A stretch of DNA of 64,000 nucleotides from Spirochaetota bacterium (GTDB lineage Bacteria; Spirochaetota; UBA4802; UBA5550), in assembly GCA_036848375.1 (NCBI GenBank), contig DAIUKG010000017.1:5658-69657 (forward strand). The letters run 5' to 3'. How positions within the stretch are numbered: the stretch's first letter is position 1; each line of letters begins with the position of its first letter. Made by a program: the position numbers and the translations under genes. This document shows positions 10,194 to 18,551 of this stretch, piece after piece. The notes below the pieces were generated by a model. That model was not told the DNA's origin and made no database searches. It saw only the letters and a list, made by a program, of their open reading frames with translations.

Positions 10194-10279
10194 GGAGAGA
10201 TGCCCGAGAGGCCGAAGGGGACGGTCTCGAAAACCGTTGAGGGCTTTGCCCTCCGAGGGTTCGAATCCCTCTCTCTCCG
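10194..10279 (+). tRNA. tRNA-Ser (anticodon CGA), class II
   Basis: Acceptor ggagaga/tctctcc, T-loop ttcgaat, anticodon loop ctCGAaa, long variable arm. Coordinates are within 1 nt, because the printed line and the ORF-track frame disagree locally. Confidence 0.85.
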
Positions 10280-10297
10280 AATTCAGGATGCTTGCCA

Positions 10298-10337
10298 TCC
10301 CCACTGTCCCGACTGGTCGGGACAGCGGGGATTTTTA
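10298..10337 (+). terminator. Strong nested hairpin plus T-tract between the two tRNA-Ser genes
   Basis: atccccactgtcccgac-tg-gtcgggacagcggggat followed by ttttatt. The inner stem is a perfect 10 bp. Confidence 0.55.
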
Positions 10338-10430
10338 TTATCAGGCCTGATCGCTCGATGCCTGCATCGGGGGATTTTTATTGACAAAGTACACCCCCTG
10401 ATTTATCAGTGAACATCCTTAAAATTGTCT

Positions 10431-10515
10431 GGAGAGGTGTCCGAGAGGCCGAAGGAGCACGGTTGGAAACCGTGTGTAGCGCAAGTTACCGGGGGTTCGA
10501 ATCCCCCCCTCTCCG
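10431..10515 (+). tRNA. tRNA-Ser (anticodon GGA), class II
   Basis: Acceptor ggagagg/cctctcc, T-arm ggggg-ttcgaat-ccccc, anticodon loop ttGGAaa, long variable arm. Confidence 0.85.
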
Positions 10516-10581
10516 ATCGTATTAATTGTCCTTATTCGATGATCCCCGGAATAAATTCATGACAAGGAATAACCATATCTG

Positions 10582-12333
10582 ATGTCCTACCAGGTAACAG
10601 CGAGAAAATGGCGTCCGCAGAGCTTTGACCAGATTGTTTTCCAGGATCATGTTTCAAGAACGCTTCGCAACAGCATCCTTAACTCGCGGATTTCCCATGC
10701 ATTTCTCTTCGCAGGCCCACGGGGAGTGGGTAAAACCACCATGGCCAGGGTCCTTGCCAAGGCGCTGAACTGCCTGTCGTTTGACGGGCCGACTCCTGAC
10801 CCGTGCGGCACCTGTGACAACTGCAGGGAAATTAAAGAGGGGACGTCTTTTGACGTGATTGAAATTGACGGTGCCTCGAACCGCGGCATTGACGATGTTC
10901 GTGAACTCAGGGAGAACGTGAACTTCGCGCCGCTGAAATCGCGCTATAAGGTCTATATCATCGATGAAGTCCACATGCTCACCAAGGAGGCCTTTAACGC
11001 GCTTCTGAAAACGCTTGAAGAGCCGCCGCCTCACGTGGTGTTTATTTTTGCCACAACCGAAATGCACCAGATACCTGAAACCATCCTTTCCCGGTGCCAG
11101 AAGTTTTTTTTCAAAAAGATCCCCATTGACGTTATGGTGAAGCATCTCGAGTTCATTGTCCAGCGCGAGGGATACCGCATCTCGAAAAGCGCGCTGTACC
11201 CGATGGCACGGGCCGCTGACGGCTCAATGAGGGACGCGCAGTCACTGCTTGACCAGGTTATATCGTTCTCGGCCCAGAAAACCGGCGCGAATGACGCTGA
11301 ATTTGAAATCGCCGAAGATGACGCGCTTTCCATCCTGGGGATCGTTTCCCTTGAAAGCCACGTGCGGCAGCTTAATTTTATCCTCGCCGGTGATGCTGCG
11401 GGAGCGGTCGGCGAAGTGGAAAAGATATCGTCAATGGGCGTGGACATCGCCCGGTATGTGGCCGGTTTTATCGATACCGTGAGGATCATCCGACTTATTA
11501 AAAACAGGGCCCAGATCGCCGATATACTCGGGTTTTCGGCTGAAGAGAAAAACGCGCTTGAAAACCTGGCCGGAAGCTTTGACGACGAGGAGCTTTCGTC
11601 GATTTTCAGCCAGGCCTCGGCCATGCACACGGAGCTCCGGTTTTCATCCAATGAGCGAATAAACCTTGAAATGGCCCTGCTTGACATGATTTCCATGCAC
11701 AAATCACCATCGATCGCTGCCATAATCAAAAAGCTTGAATCCGGCGAAGGCGAAAAAAAAAATGATGCACCCCCCGAGCGGGTAGCCGCGAGCGGCCCCC
11801 GGAAGAGCGAACCTTCCCCGGTCAAGCCCCCGGCCTCTCCAGAAACAGCCGGGCCTGAAGCGCGCCCTGGCATCAGGCAGGTGTGGGGCGATTTTTTACG
11901 TTCCATTCAGAATGACCAGCAGTACCTGTTTTCGGTTCTTAAATCATCGATCGTATCGTACGAGAGCGGGATGCTGTCCATATCCTTCCCCGATGACGGG
12001 GGCATTTATTACAGAATGCTTGACAGTGCCCGGTTATCTTTCATAAAGGAAAAACTCTCTACGAGACTTGGAAAAGACCTCAGGGTCGTGCTTGCGGGCC
12101 CGGGGCCTGCGGGAACCAAGTCACCGGTGAAAAACAATAAACCGTCGCAGGCCGGGGCGGCAATGAAAAGGGTTGAGAATAATCCTGATGAATACAGCGA
12201 AGTGCCTTTGCCGGAGGCGGAAATGCTGACAGCGGACAGCGTAACGGCCCTGGACAAGGAAAATCCCGCTGTTGACAAAATAAAGGATGTTTTTTTAGGC
12301 GAAATTATTGATAAAGGAGACAAAAATGCTTAA
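10582..12333 (+). CDS. dnaX: DNA polymerase III subunits tau/gamma
   Basis: Walker A GPRGVGKTT is present. A zinc module CGTCDNC and the conserved DnaX N-terminal clamp-loader domain follow. The C-terminal half is low-complexity, as is usual for tau. Confidence 0.9.
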   Translation: MSYQVTARKWRPQSFDQIVFQDHVSRTLRNSILNSRISHAFLFAGPRGVGKTTMARVLAKALNCLSFDGPTPDPCGTCDNCREIKEGTSFDVIEIDGASNRGIDDVRELRENVNFAPLKSRYKVYIIDEVHMLTKEAFNALLKTLEEPPPHVVFIFATTEMHQIPETILSRCQKFFFKKIPIDVMVKHLEFIVQREGYRISKSALYPMARAADGSMRDAQSLLDQVISFSAQKTGANDAEFEIAEDDALSILGIVSLESHVRQLNFILAGDAAGAVGEVEKISSMGVDIARYVAGFIDTVRIIRLIKNRAQIADILGFSAEEKNALENLAGSFDDEELSSIFSQASAMHTELRFSSNERINLEMALLDMISMHKSPSIAAIIKKLESGEGEKKNDAPPERVAASGPRKSEPSPVKPPASPETAGPEARPGIRQVWGDFLRSIQNDQQYLFSVLKSSIVSYESGMLSISFPDDGGIYYRMLDSARLSFIKEKLSTRLGKDLRVVLAGPGPAGTKSPVKNNKPSQAGAAMKRVENNPDEYSEVPLPEAEMLTADSVTALDKENPAVDKIKDVFLGEIIDKGDKNA

Positions 12334-12640
12334 AGGACTCGGCGACATCGGAAACCTGATGAAACTCCAGAAGGAGTTCAAAAACACGCAGAAAAAGATC
12401 ACCAAAGCGAGAATTACCGGTGAAAGCCCCGGCGGCGAGGTCAAGGCGACTTTCAGCGGTGACTATAAGCTTGTTGAGCTGAATATTGATGTAAAAGACC
12501 CTGACGTGAAAAAAATTGAGAAAGCCGTTGCGGCTGCCGTCAATGATGCTGTTGACAAGGTAAAAGAGTTTTCGGCGGAGGAAATGGGAAAGCTCACCGG
12601 CGGATTGAACCTTCCCGGCCTGGGCAGTTTTCTCAAATAG
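12326..12640 (+). CDS. ybaB: Nucleoid-associated protein YbaB/EbfC
   Basis: The sequence MLKGLGDIGNLMKLQKEF...GGLNLPGL matches the YbaB family. A strong RBS aaaggaga lies 7 nt upstream of the ATG at 12326. The ORF track's 12308 start is probably too early. This is the conserved dnaX-ybaB-recR order. Confidence 0.85.
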   Translation: MLKGLGDIGNLMKLQKEFKNTQKKITKARITGESPGGEVKATFSGDYKLVELNIDVKDPDVKKIEKAVAAAVNDAVDKVKEFSAEEMGKLTGGLNLPGLGSFLK

Positions 12641-12646
12641 CACCGT

Positions 12647-13246
12647 ATGAAGAACCCATCCCTGTATCTTGAGAGGCTTATCCGGGAGCTCGCCAAGCTC
12701 CCCGGTATCGGCCCGAAAAGCGCTTCACGCCTTGCTTTTCACGTTCTTTCGATGCAGCAGGATGATGTTGACCGGCTGACGAACGCCCTCGTTGATGTCA
12801 AGACCCATATAACGCGCTGTTCCGTGTGCGGCGGCATATCGGAGGGGGACGTGTGCCCCATCTGCAGGGATGATATGCGTGAAAAGGATGTCCTGTGCGT
12901 CGTGAAGGAGGCAAAGGACGTGCTCACCATCGAGGCGACCGGTGAATTTCACGGCAAGTACCACGTGCTGCACGGCCTGATCTCTCCACTTGACGGCATC
13001 GGGCCGGATGATTTGAACATCAAGCCGCTTCTTCAGCGCTGCAGGGATGGATCCGTCCGGGAGATCATCCTGGCCCTTAATCCAACGGTTGAAGGCGACG
13101 CCACGGCACTGTACCTGGCCGGGCTCCTGGGGCCGAGCGGCATACTGGTCACCCGCATCGCCTACGGGCTTCCTGTCGGTTCTGATCTCGAATTTTCAGA
13201 CAGCGCGACCATAGCCCGGTCGATTGAGTGCAGAATCAAGCTGTGA
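12647..13246 (+). CDS. recR: Recombination protein RecR
   Basis: An HhH LPGIGPKSA, a C4 zinc finger CSVCGG..CPIC and a Toprim domain are present. Confidence 0.9.
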   Translation: MKNPSLYLERLIRELAKLPGIGPKSASRLAFHVLSMQQDDVDRLTNALVDVKTHITRCSVCGGISEGDVCPICRDDMREKDVLCVVKEAKDVLTIEATGEFHGKYHVLHGLISPLDGIGPDDLNIKPLLQRCRDGSVREIILALNPTVEGDATALYLAGLLGPSGILVTRIAYGLPVGSDLEFSDSATIARSIECRIKL

Positions 13247-14611
13247 TCAGCTTTTTTTGCCTTTTTTCTTCCCTGAAGGCCCTTTCGGGGATGAAGCTCT
13301 TTTTTTCCTTCCTTCAATTTCAATAACAATGGGTATCCCCTGGAGATCAAGCTCCCGCTGCAGGGTTTTCTCAAAGTAGCGGATGATGTCTTTCCGGAAC
13401 AGTTCTGCTTTATTCACGAAGAACTTGAACCGGGGAGGGATTGATTTGATCGGCGCGGCATAAAGGATTTTGATCCCCTGCCCGATCTGCGGGTTGTTTC
13501 CGCTTTTTTGAAGTCTTTCGATTATTCTGTTTAATTCCGGTGTCGAGATTTTTTTTGAGGCTTTTTCCTTTAAGTCAAGCGCGATGCTCAGGACTCTATG
13601 TATTCTTTGCTTGTTTTTGGCAGAAATTGAGATGATGGGGAAGTCATCCGCCCTGAAATACTTGAAAACAAGCTTGTCCCTGAAGTGGTCGAACGTTTTA
13701 TGGTCTTTTTCGACCATGTCCCACTTGTTTATGGCAAGAATGATGGGTTTTTTCGCCCTGATAATTTCATCGGATATTTTTTTGTCATTTTCGGTTATCC
13801 CCATGTTCGCGTCAAGAAGATGGATGACCACATCGCATCGTTCAATCGCCTCAATGGTTCTTTTTAACGAATAATATTCAATATTTTCAGTGATTTTGCT
13901 CTTTCGCCTGATTCCGGCAGTGTCAATGACGCGGATAATCTTTTTTTGAAAGGTAAAATATTCATCAACAGAGTCTCTTGTCGTTCCCGGTATGTCGGAT
14001 ACCACAGACCGTTCATAGCCCAGAAATGAGTTTAGAAGCGTTGATTTTCCTGAATTCGGCCTTCCGACTATGGCTATATTGAGGTCGGGTTCGACAGCGG
14101 AGGTCTTCTTTTGAGGGAGCAGCTCGGTTATTTTATCCAGGAGCAGGCCGAGATTAAAGCGGTTGAGGGCGGATATAGGCACAATGTCGCTGTATCCGGT
14201 TTCGTAAAAATTGACCATGTTTTCCAGTTCTTTCCCGCTGTCCATTTTATTGACCACAATGATGACCGGAACCGAAAGTTTGCGAAGATAATCGGTGAGG
14301 TCGAGGTCAAAAGAAGACGGCGCCGGGTTTTCAAGCAGCAGAATAATCACAGACGACTTCATCAGGTGGGTCCGCGCATTGGCCAGGATGGGCTCAGAGA
14401 GATCGGAGCTGCCCGGAAGGTCAAGCCCGGGAGTGTCCGAGAGTGTAAAGGACACGGACTGGTAGTGCACTTCATATGACAGGATGTCCCGCGTGAGCCC
14501 GGGGAATGAATCAACAATCGCTTTTTTCTCTTTGATGAGAGCGTTGAATAACGTTGATTTGCCGACGTTTTGCCGTCCAACTATCGACACCACCGGTAAT
14601 TTTTGTGCCAT
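13247..14611 (-). CDS. der: GTPase Der (EngA), with two GTPase domains plus a KH-like domain and a Lys-rich C-terminal tail
   Basis: There are two G1 motifs, GRQNVGKST and GRPNSGKST. The C-terminus ends RKKRASSPKGPSGKKKGKKS. Confidence 0.9.
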   Translation of the reverse strand: MAQKLPVVSIVGRQNVGKSTLFNALIKEKKAIVDSFPGLTRDILSYEVHYQSVSFTLSDTPGLDLPGSSDLSEPILANARTHLMKSSVIILLLENPAPSSFDLDLTDYLRKLSVPVIIVVNKMDSGKELENMVNFYETGYSDIVPISALNRFNLGLLLDKITELLPQKKTSAVEPDLNIAIVGRPNSGKSTLLNSFLGYERSVVSDIPGTTRDSVDEYFTFQKKIIRVIDTAGIRRKSKITENIEYYSLKRTIEAIERCDVVIHLLDANMGITENDKKISDEIIRAKKPIILAINKWDMVEKDHKTFDHFRDKLVFKYFRADDFPIISISAKNKQRIHRVLSIALDLKEKASKKISTPELNRIIERLQKSGNNPQIGQGIKILYAAPIKSIPPRFKFFVNKAELFRKDIIRYFEKTLQRELDLQGIPIVIEIEGRKKRASSPKGPSGKKKGKKS

Positions 14612-14793
14612 TTAATTTTGTTTACTCCTCTGTGTTTTCAGGACACAGTTAGCATCCGGCCTGTTAATTGCAACCATTATCTTTCTAATTGCCTGGACTT
14701 GTCACCGGTAAAAATTTATAACATCATACCATAAATAAATTTTTTTTAAGGAATTTATTTTAATGCCGATTAATATATTGTCAGGCAAACGTA

Positions 14794-14869
14794 TGGCAAG
14801 CATGCTGCTGCAGGACAGTTGATCTTTTAATGGCTGTTATACGGTAGACTTGTTGGCAAGAGTGCTGCC
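14794..14869 (+). promoter_or_regulatory. Two imperfect direct repeats resembling sigma-54 -24/-12 elements (TGGCAA-N5-CTGCT at 14794-14809; TGGCAA-N5-CTGCC at 14854-14869)
   Basis: Read from the sequence. The copies are about 60 bp apart, about 90-150 nt upstream of the histone-like ORF, and share about 22 of 28 positions. A sigma-28-like TTAA-N15-GCCGATTA lies at 14746-14772. Confidence 0.3.
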
Positions 14870-14961
14870 GCAGGCTGGTAAAAATTATTTTTTACTTGCA
14901 TTTAAAATTTAATGTGTTTATAATGATCCAAAACAATTAAAAAATTGAGGTGTATTTGTAA

Positions 14962-15207
14962 ATGAAAGGAAAATCTGTTAAACAATTACAAAACGATCTG
15001 CAAAGAAAAAAAGACAAAGTGAAAAAGCTTGAGAAAGAACTCAAGACAGAACAGGCTGAAGTAAGCAAGCTTAACAAAGCTCTTGCTGATGCAAAGAAAA
15101 AAGAAGAAGCTGAAAAAAAAGCCAAAGCTAAAGCGAAACCCAAAGCCAAAGCTAAAGCGAAAGCTAAAGCGAAACCCAAAGCCAAAGCGAAACCCAAAGC
15201 TATGTAA
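14962..15207 (+). CDS. Small histone H1-like / Hc1-like DNA-binding protein with an N-terminal coiled coil and a C-terminal KAKA/KPKA repeat tail
   Basis: The 81-aa product ends ...AKKKEEAEKKAKAKAKPKAKAKAKAKAKPKAKAKPKAM. An RBS ttgagg lies upstream and a terminator follows directly downstream. Confidence 0.5.
   Translation: MKGKSVKQLQNDLQRKKDKVKKLEKELKTEQAEVSKLNKALADAKKKEEAEKKAKAKAKPKAKAKAKAKAKPKAKAKPKAM
15119..15202 (+). repeat. Tandem 6-nt-periodic repeat (aaagcN/aaaccc units) encoding the Lys-Ala/Lys-Pro tail
   Basis: gccaaagctaaagcgaaacccaaagccaaagctaaagcgaaagctaaagcgaaacccaaagccaaagcgaaacccaaagct. Confidence 0.6.
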
Positions 15208-15232
15208 CGATCATGTATTTGTTTTATATTTA

Positions 15233-15258
15233 AAAAGAGGGTTCGCCCTCTTTTTTTA
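15233..15258 (+). terminator. Rho-independent terminator after the histone-like gene
   Basis: Stem aagaggg / ccctctt, loop ttcg, followed by TTTTTTT. Confidence 0.6.
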
Positions 15259-15398
15259 TTATAGAGATGTTTTATTAATTGAATAGTAGGATATAATTAA
15301 CGGTGAATTGAATTTTATGGTAAACATTTTAGTTTATCAATATTATGAAAATATCGATATATACAATAAATGATACATTGATCTAAAGAGGCATTGTC

Positions 15399-16571
15399 TT
15401 GATTGAGATAAGGCAGAGAAAGAACCGGGAATTTGAATCGTTCAAAACAGTTGATGACGTTATTAACATCCTGAAATCACAGTTCACCAACAGGAAACTG
15501 TATATTAAATACTCCGTTGATAAAACTGAAGTAACGATAAACGAATATCTTGATGATAAATCAGTTATGGTTGTCACTGACCAGGATTATAAGCCTGAAG
15601 GTAATCTGGTAATATATGGACTATCCGATAAGTACATTGAAGTTGATATGGATATCCTCGACGAAATAACCGCCGGATATTATAAGTGCCGTATCAAGTC
15701 GGCTCGCAGAGCTATTAAAGGAAGGCGTGATCTCAGGTTCAAGGTGAATCCTGATGAGGTCGTAGCCACGAATTTCAGGGTTTCCAAGCATACTATTGAT
15801 CTTTCCGGTTTTAAAATGCCAACAAGCATAAAAGTGCTCCTTGACCAGTTTCAGGGCACAAATTCAAAAATGAGTGATATTGTAAAGGTTGATGTTTTTG
15901 ATTTTGACAATAAAGACCCTCTTTTTCTGGAAATTCGAAAGACGGGAAAGACGCTTTTTATTCCAGATACTGCCGAAACTGATTCATATAAGGCCTTAAA
16001 TGAGGATTTTGTTGACGTTCACGCGCTCATGGAGAACCAGGTCCCTGATATGGTTAAAAAGAACATCGAAAGGGGATACCGGTCAATAATCATAGTGCCG
16101 ATAATCTATATCACTGAAAATGAAAGTTCCATACCTTTCGCGTATATTCAGGTTATCTCCAAGAGTGAGCAGTTCGGTATTGAGAAGGTCCTGGAGCTTA
16201 AAGATCACTCTTTTAAACTCGTTGACCGCATACGCGATGCGAATACTATTCTGATCCCGGTCCACCAGCATATTATTGACGTCAGCAGGGGAGGGGCCAA
16301 GCTTAAAATAACCGATTCAGACCTCAAAAAATATATTATCAAGTCAAAGGGCTTTATCTTTGATATTGTCTTCAAGCTGCAGGCCCCGATCACTATTTAT
16401 GGTGATATTAAAGTCACGTATGCTGATGAAGATAAAAATATATTCGTCGGTGTTGATTTTGAAGGCAACTCATCCAGGAAAGATGAAATGAAGCGGTTTT
16501 ATTCTATTCTTAAGCCAATGGAAGCTGACTACAAGGCTAAACTGATCAAGCAGCTTAAAAATAAAAAATGA
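15399..16571 (+). CDS. Hypothetical protein (390 aa), with possible degenerate PilZ-like segments
   Basis: No confident family was recognised. RRDLR...DLSGF and DVSRGGAKL segments loosely resemble the PilZ RxxxR / DxSxGG signatures. The gene is AT-rich. Confidence 0.4.
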   Translation: MIEIRQRKNREFESFKTVDDVINILKSQFTNRKLYIKYSVDKTEVTINEYLDDKSVMVVTDQDYKPEGNLVIYGLSDKYIEVDMDILDEITAGYYKCRIKSARRAIKGRRDLRFKVNPDEVVATNFRVSKHTIDLSGFKMPTSIKVLLDQFQGTNSKMSDIVKVDVFDFDNKDPLFLEIRKTGKTLFIPDTAETDSYKALNEDFVDVHALMENQVPDMVKKNIERGYRSIIIVPIIYITENESSIPFAYIQVISKSEQFGIEKVLELKDHSFKLVDRIRDANTILIPVHQHIIDVSRGGAKLKITDSDLKKYIIKSKGFIFDIVFKLQAPITIYGDIKVTYADEDKNIFVGVDFEGNSSRKDEMKRFYSILKPMEADYKAKLIKQLKNKK

Positions 16572-17291
16572 TTATTTTTCGCCTTCTTTAACGGAAGTTT
16601 TTTTTGCGGCAAGGGCGATTTCCGCATCTGATTTTCTCGCGTAAAAGGGAACGGTTTTCCTGAAATCACGGTAAAGTTCGGGATTGGAATTATATATTTT
16701 CAGTACCAGGCTGGTTGCGGCCTTCCCCTCCGGAATAAAATTTGTACGAAAATCAAGACTGGTGATTTTTTCAGCGACTATGTCATAATATCGGCCAACG
16801 CCGTCCCCGATGGCTACGGTGTTTCGTCCGGGAACGCATCGGTCGCAGAGGTGTTCCATGCTGTAATCTCCCGGGGGGACTATCTCAGTCGGAATCGACT
16901 CCCTGTTTTGTTGATATACTGCACCGAAAACCCTTTTTTTCTTGGCATCGAAAGCAATGAGGATGTTGTCTCCCTGGGCGCAGCTTGCTGATACAGCATA
17001 GATCAGCGTTGTTTTCACGCCAACAAGCGGTTTGTTTAACAGTTGCGCCAGCATTCGTGCTGTTGATACCGCAATCCTGATACCGGTGAATGAGCCTGGA
17101 CCGGTGCCGACTCCGATAAGGTCCACGTCTTTAATGGTCAACCCGGAATCGTTGAGGCACTTTTGAATATTATCAAAAAGGGTGATTGAATGGGAACAGC
17201 TCAGGGGGGTGATTGCCTGTTTTGTGCTTTTATCATCCCCGATCGCGATAATTTCAATCGGTGTTGCGGTATCAATGGTCAGGATATTCAA
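16572..17291 (-). CDS. tsaB: tRNA threonylcarbamoyladenosine biosynthesis protein TsaB (YeaZ)
   Basis: MNILTIDTAT...GVGTGPGSFTGIRIAVSTARMLAQ. It overlaps tsaE by 20 nt. Confidence 0.8.
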   Translation of the reverse strand: MNILTIDTATPIEIIAIGDDKSTKQAITPLSCSHSITLFDNIQKCLNDSGLTIKDVDLIGVGTGPGSFTGIRIAVSTARMLAQLLNKPLVGVKTTLIYAVSASCAQGDNILIAFDAKKKRVFGAVYQQNRESIPTEIVPPGDYSMEHLCDRCVPGRNTVAIGDGVGRYYDIVAEKITSLDFRTNFIPEGKAATSLVLKIYNSNPELYRDFRKTVPFYARKSDAEIALAAKKTSVKEGEK

Positions 17292-17718
17292 TAGTTATTC
17301 TCCTGGAGTTTTCATCAAGGTATTCAAGGGTAAGAGTTGTTGTGTTGTCCGGCAGGCGATCGCCGGCTTTTTCAGCCCATTCAATGACTGAAATACCGTC
17401 ACCTTCCCAGTATTCTTCAAAATACAACAGGTCCAGTTCCTCTTCGCTTTCAATCCGGTACAGGTCAAAATGGTAAAAGGGGAGGTCTCCGTCATAGGCT
17501 TCCATTATGGTAAACGTCGGGCTGGTTATATCATCGACAACATTGATCCCTCCGGCGATCCCTTTCGCGATAATGGTTTTTCCTGCACCCAGGTCACCGG
17601 TTAAAGCGAAAACATCCCCCTTTTTTGATTTTTTGCCGAGTTCCCGGGCAAACAGCAGTGTTTCTTCTTCGGAATGAGTGATGATTTCTTCTTTCATGTC
17701 AGTCTGCGGCCGTTGCAC
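17272..17718 (-). CDS. tsaE: tRNA threonylcarbamoyladenosine biosynthesis ATPase TsaE (YjeE)
   Basis: A P-loop LTGDLGAGKT is present, and the size is typical for TsaE. Confidence 0.8.
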   Translation of the reverse strand: MQRPQTDMKEEIITHSEEETLLFARELGKKSKKGDVFALTGDLGAGKTIIAKGIAGGINVVDDITSPTFTIMEAYDGDLPFYHFDLYRIESEEELDLLYFEEYWEGDGISVIEWAEKAGDRLPDNTTTLTLEYLDENSRRITIEYPDH

Positions 17719-17930
17719 GCACTGCCTTTTGTGATTTTTTTCTTGAAATTATAAATTTGCGTTGAATAGCCATAATTACCTGTTGAGTCTTGTAAAGTAA
17801 ATAATAATTATTTTCCCGGTTCAACATATTTATTGCTTGATTTTTATGAAAAAAATCACAAAAGAATAGATAGTGTAGTGTGTCCATGCAAACCGAAGTT
17901 GAATGAACTATAATTTATAGGGAGATCTAC

Positions 17931-18527
17931 ATGGCCATTAAAAAAGAAGATAAGTTAAAGAAGAAGAAGGCTATTATTGTTGATGCTTTAAAGCGTTGTC
18001 TCGAACGTGATGTTTATTCACGAATTACCGTGCAGGATATAGCTGATGAAGCTGGATTCTCAAAGGGCGGCGTATTACACTATTTTAGAACAAAAGAGGA
18101 CATTTATCTCGAACTGATCGAGAGTATTTTTACTGAACTGGAAAGGTCTCATATCGATATCCTGAAAAGAGAACTCACATCAAAGGAAATGGCCCCGATT
18201 TCCGCCCTCCTCGGTGTAGAAAGTTTTATATTTGATAAAACCAACACCAGGATTGTTTTAAATATCATCCTTTATGCCTTTGAAGAAAAGAAGATACAGG
18301 ATATCATTACTGATTTTTTAAACAAGCATAAGATTTTTTATTCAAACCTCATTCAGCGTTCCAGGGAAGAACGGGCTCCCAAAAGAAAATCAGACCTTGA
18401 GCCGATTTATCTTTCCAGGATCGCTCAGACAATAGTTCTTTTTATCGGGGTCCTTGAGTTGATGGACCCGAGTTCAATCGACTATGTTGAAATTGTCAGA
18501 TATGTATCCGGCCTGTTAAAGGGTTGA
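17931..18527 (+). CDS. TetR/AcrR-family transcriptional regulator
   Basis: An N-terminal HTH (ITVQDIADEAGFSKGGVLHYFRTKEDI) is present and the protein is about 200 aa. Confidence 0.75.
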   Translation: MAIKKEDKLKKKKAIIVDALKRCLERDVYSRITVQDIADEAGFSKGGVLHYFRTKEDIYLELIESIFTELERSHIDILKRELTSKEMAPISALLGVESFIFDKTNTRIVLNIILYAFEEKKIQDIITDFLNKHKIFYSNLIQRSREERAPKRKSDLEPIYLSRIAQTIVLFIGVLELMDPSSIDYVEIVRYVSGLLKG

Positions 18528-18551
18528 TGGAAAGTCATAAGATCTTCTGCC

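Noticed and set aside
10141-10201. Apparent 1-nt discrepancy between the printed sequence line at 10141 and the ORF-track frames (adk stop, tRNA-Ser start)
   Set aside because: This is most likely my own transcription error for one homopolymer A. The ORF-track frames are self-consistent. Coordinates in that 60-nt stretch are given to within 1 nt.
10110-10412. Three short ORFs (64-70 aa) overlapping the tRNA-Ser genes and the terminator hairpins
   Set aside because: They overlap structured RNA genes, have no RBS, and are low-complexity Arg/Gly/Pro translations of tRNA sequence.
14937-15197. An 86-aa Ala/Leu-rich ORF on the minus strand opposite the histone-like gene
   Set aside because: It is a mirror image of the sense-strand Lys/Ala repeat (GCT/AAA periodicity). 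The sense ORF has an RBS and a terminator, and the antisense one does not.
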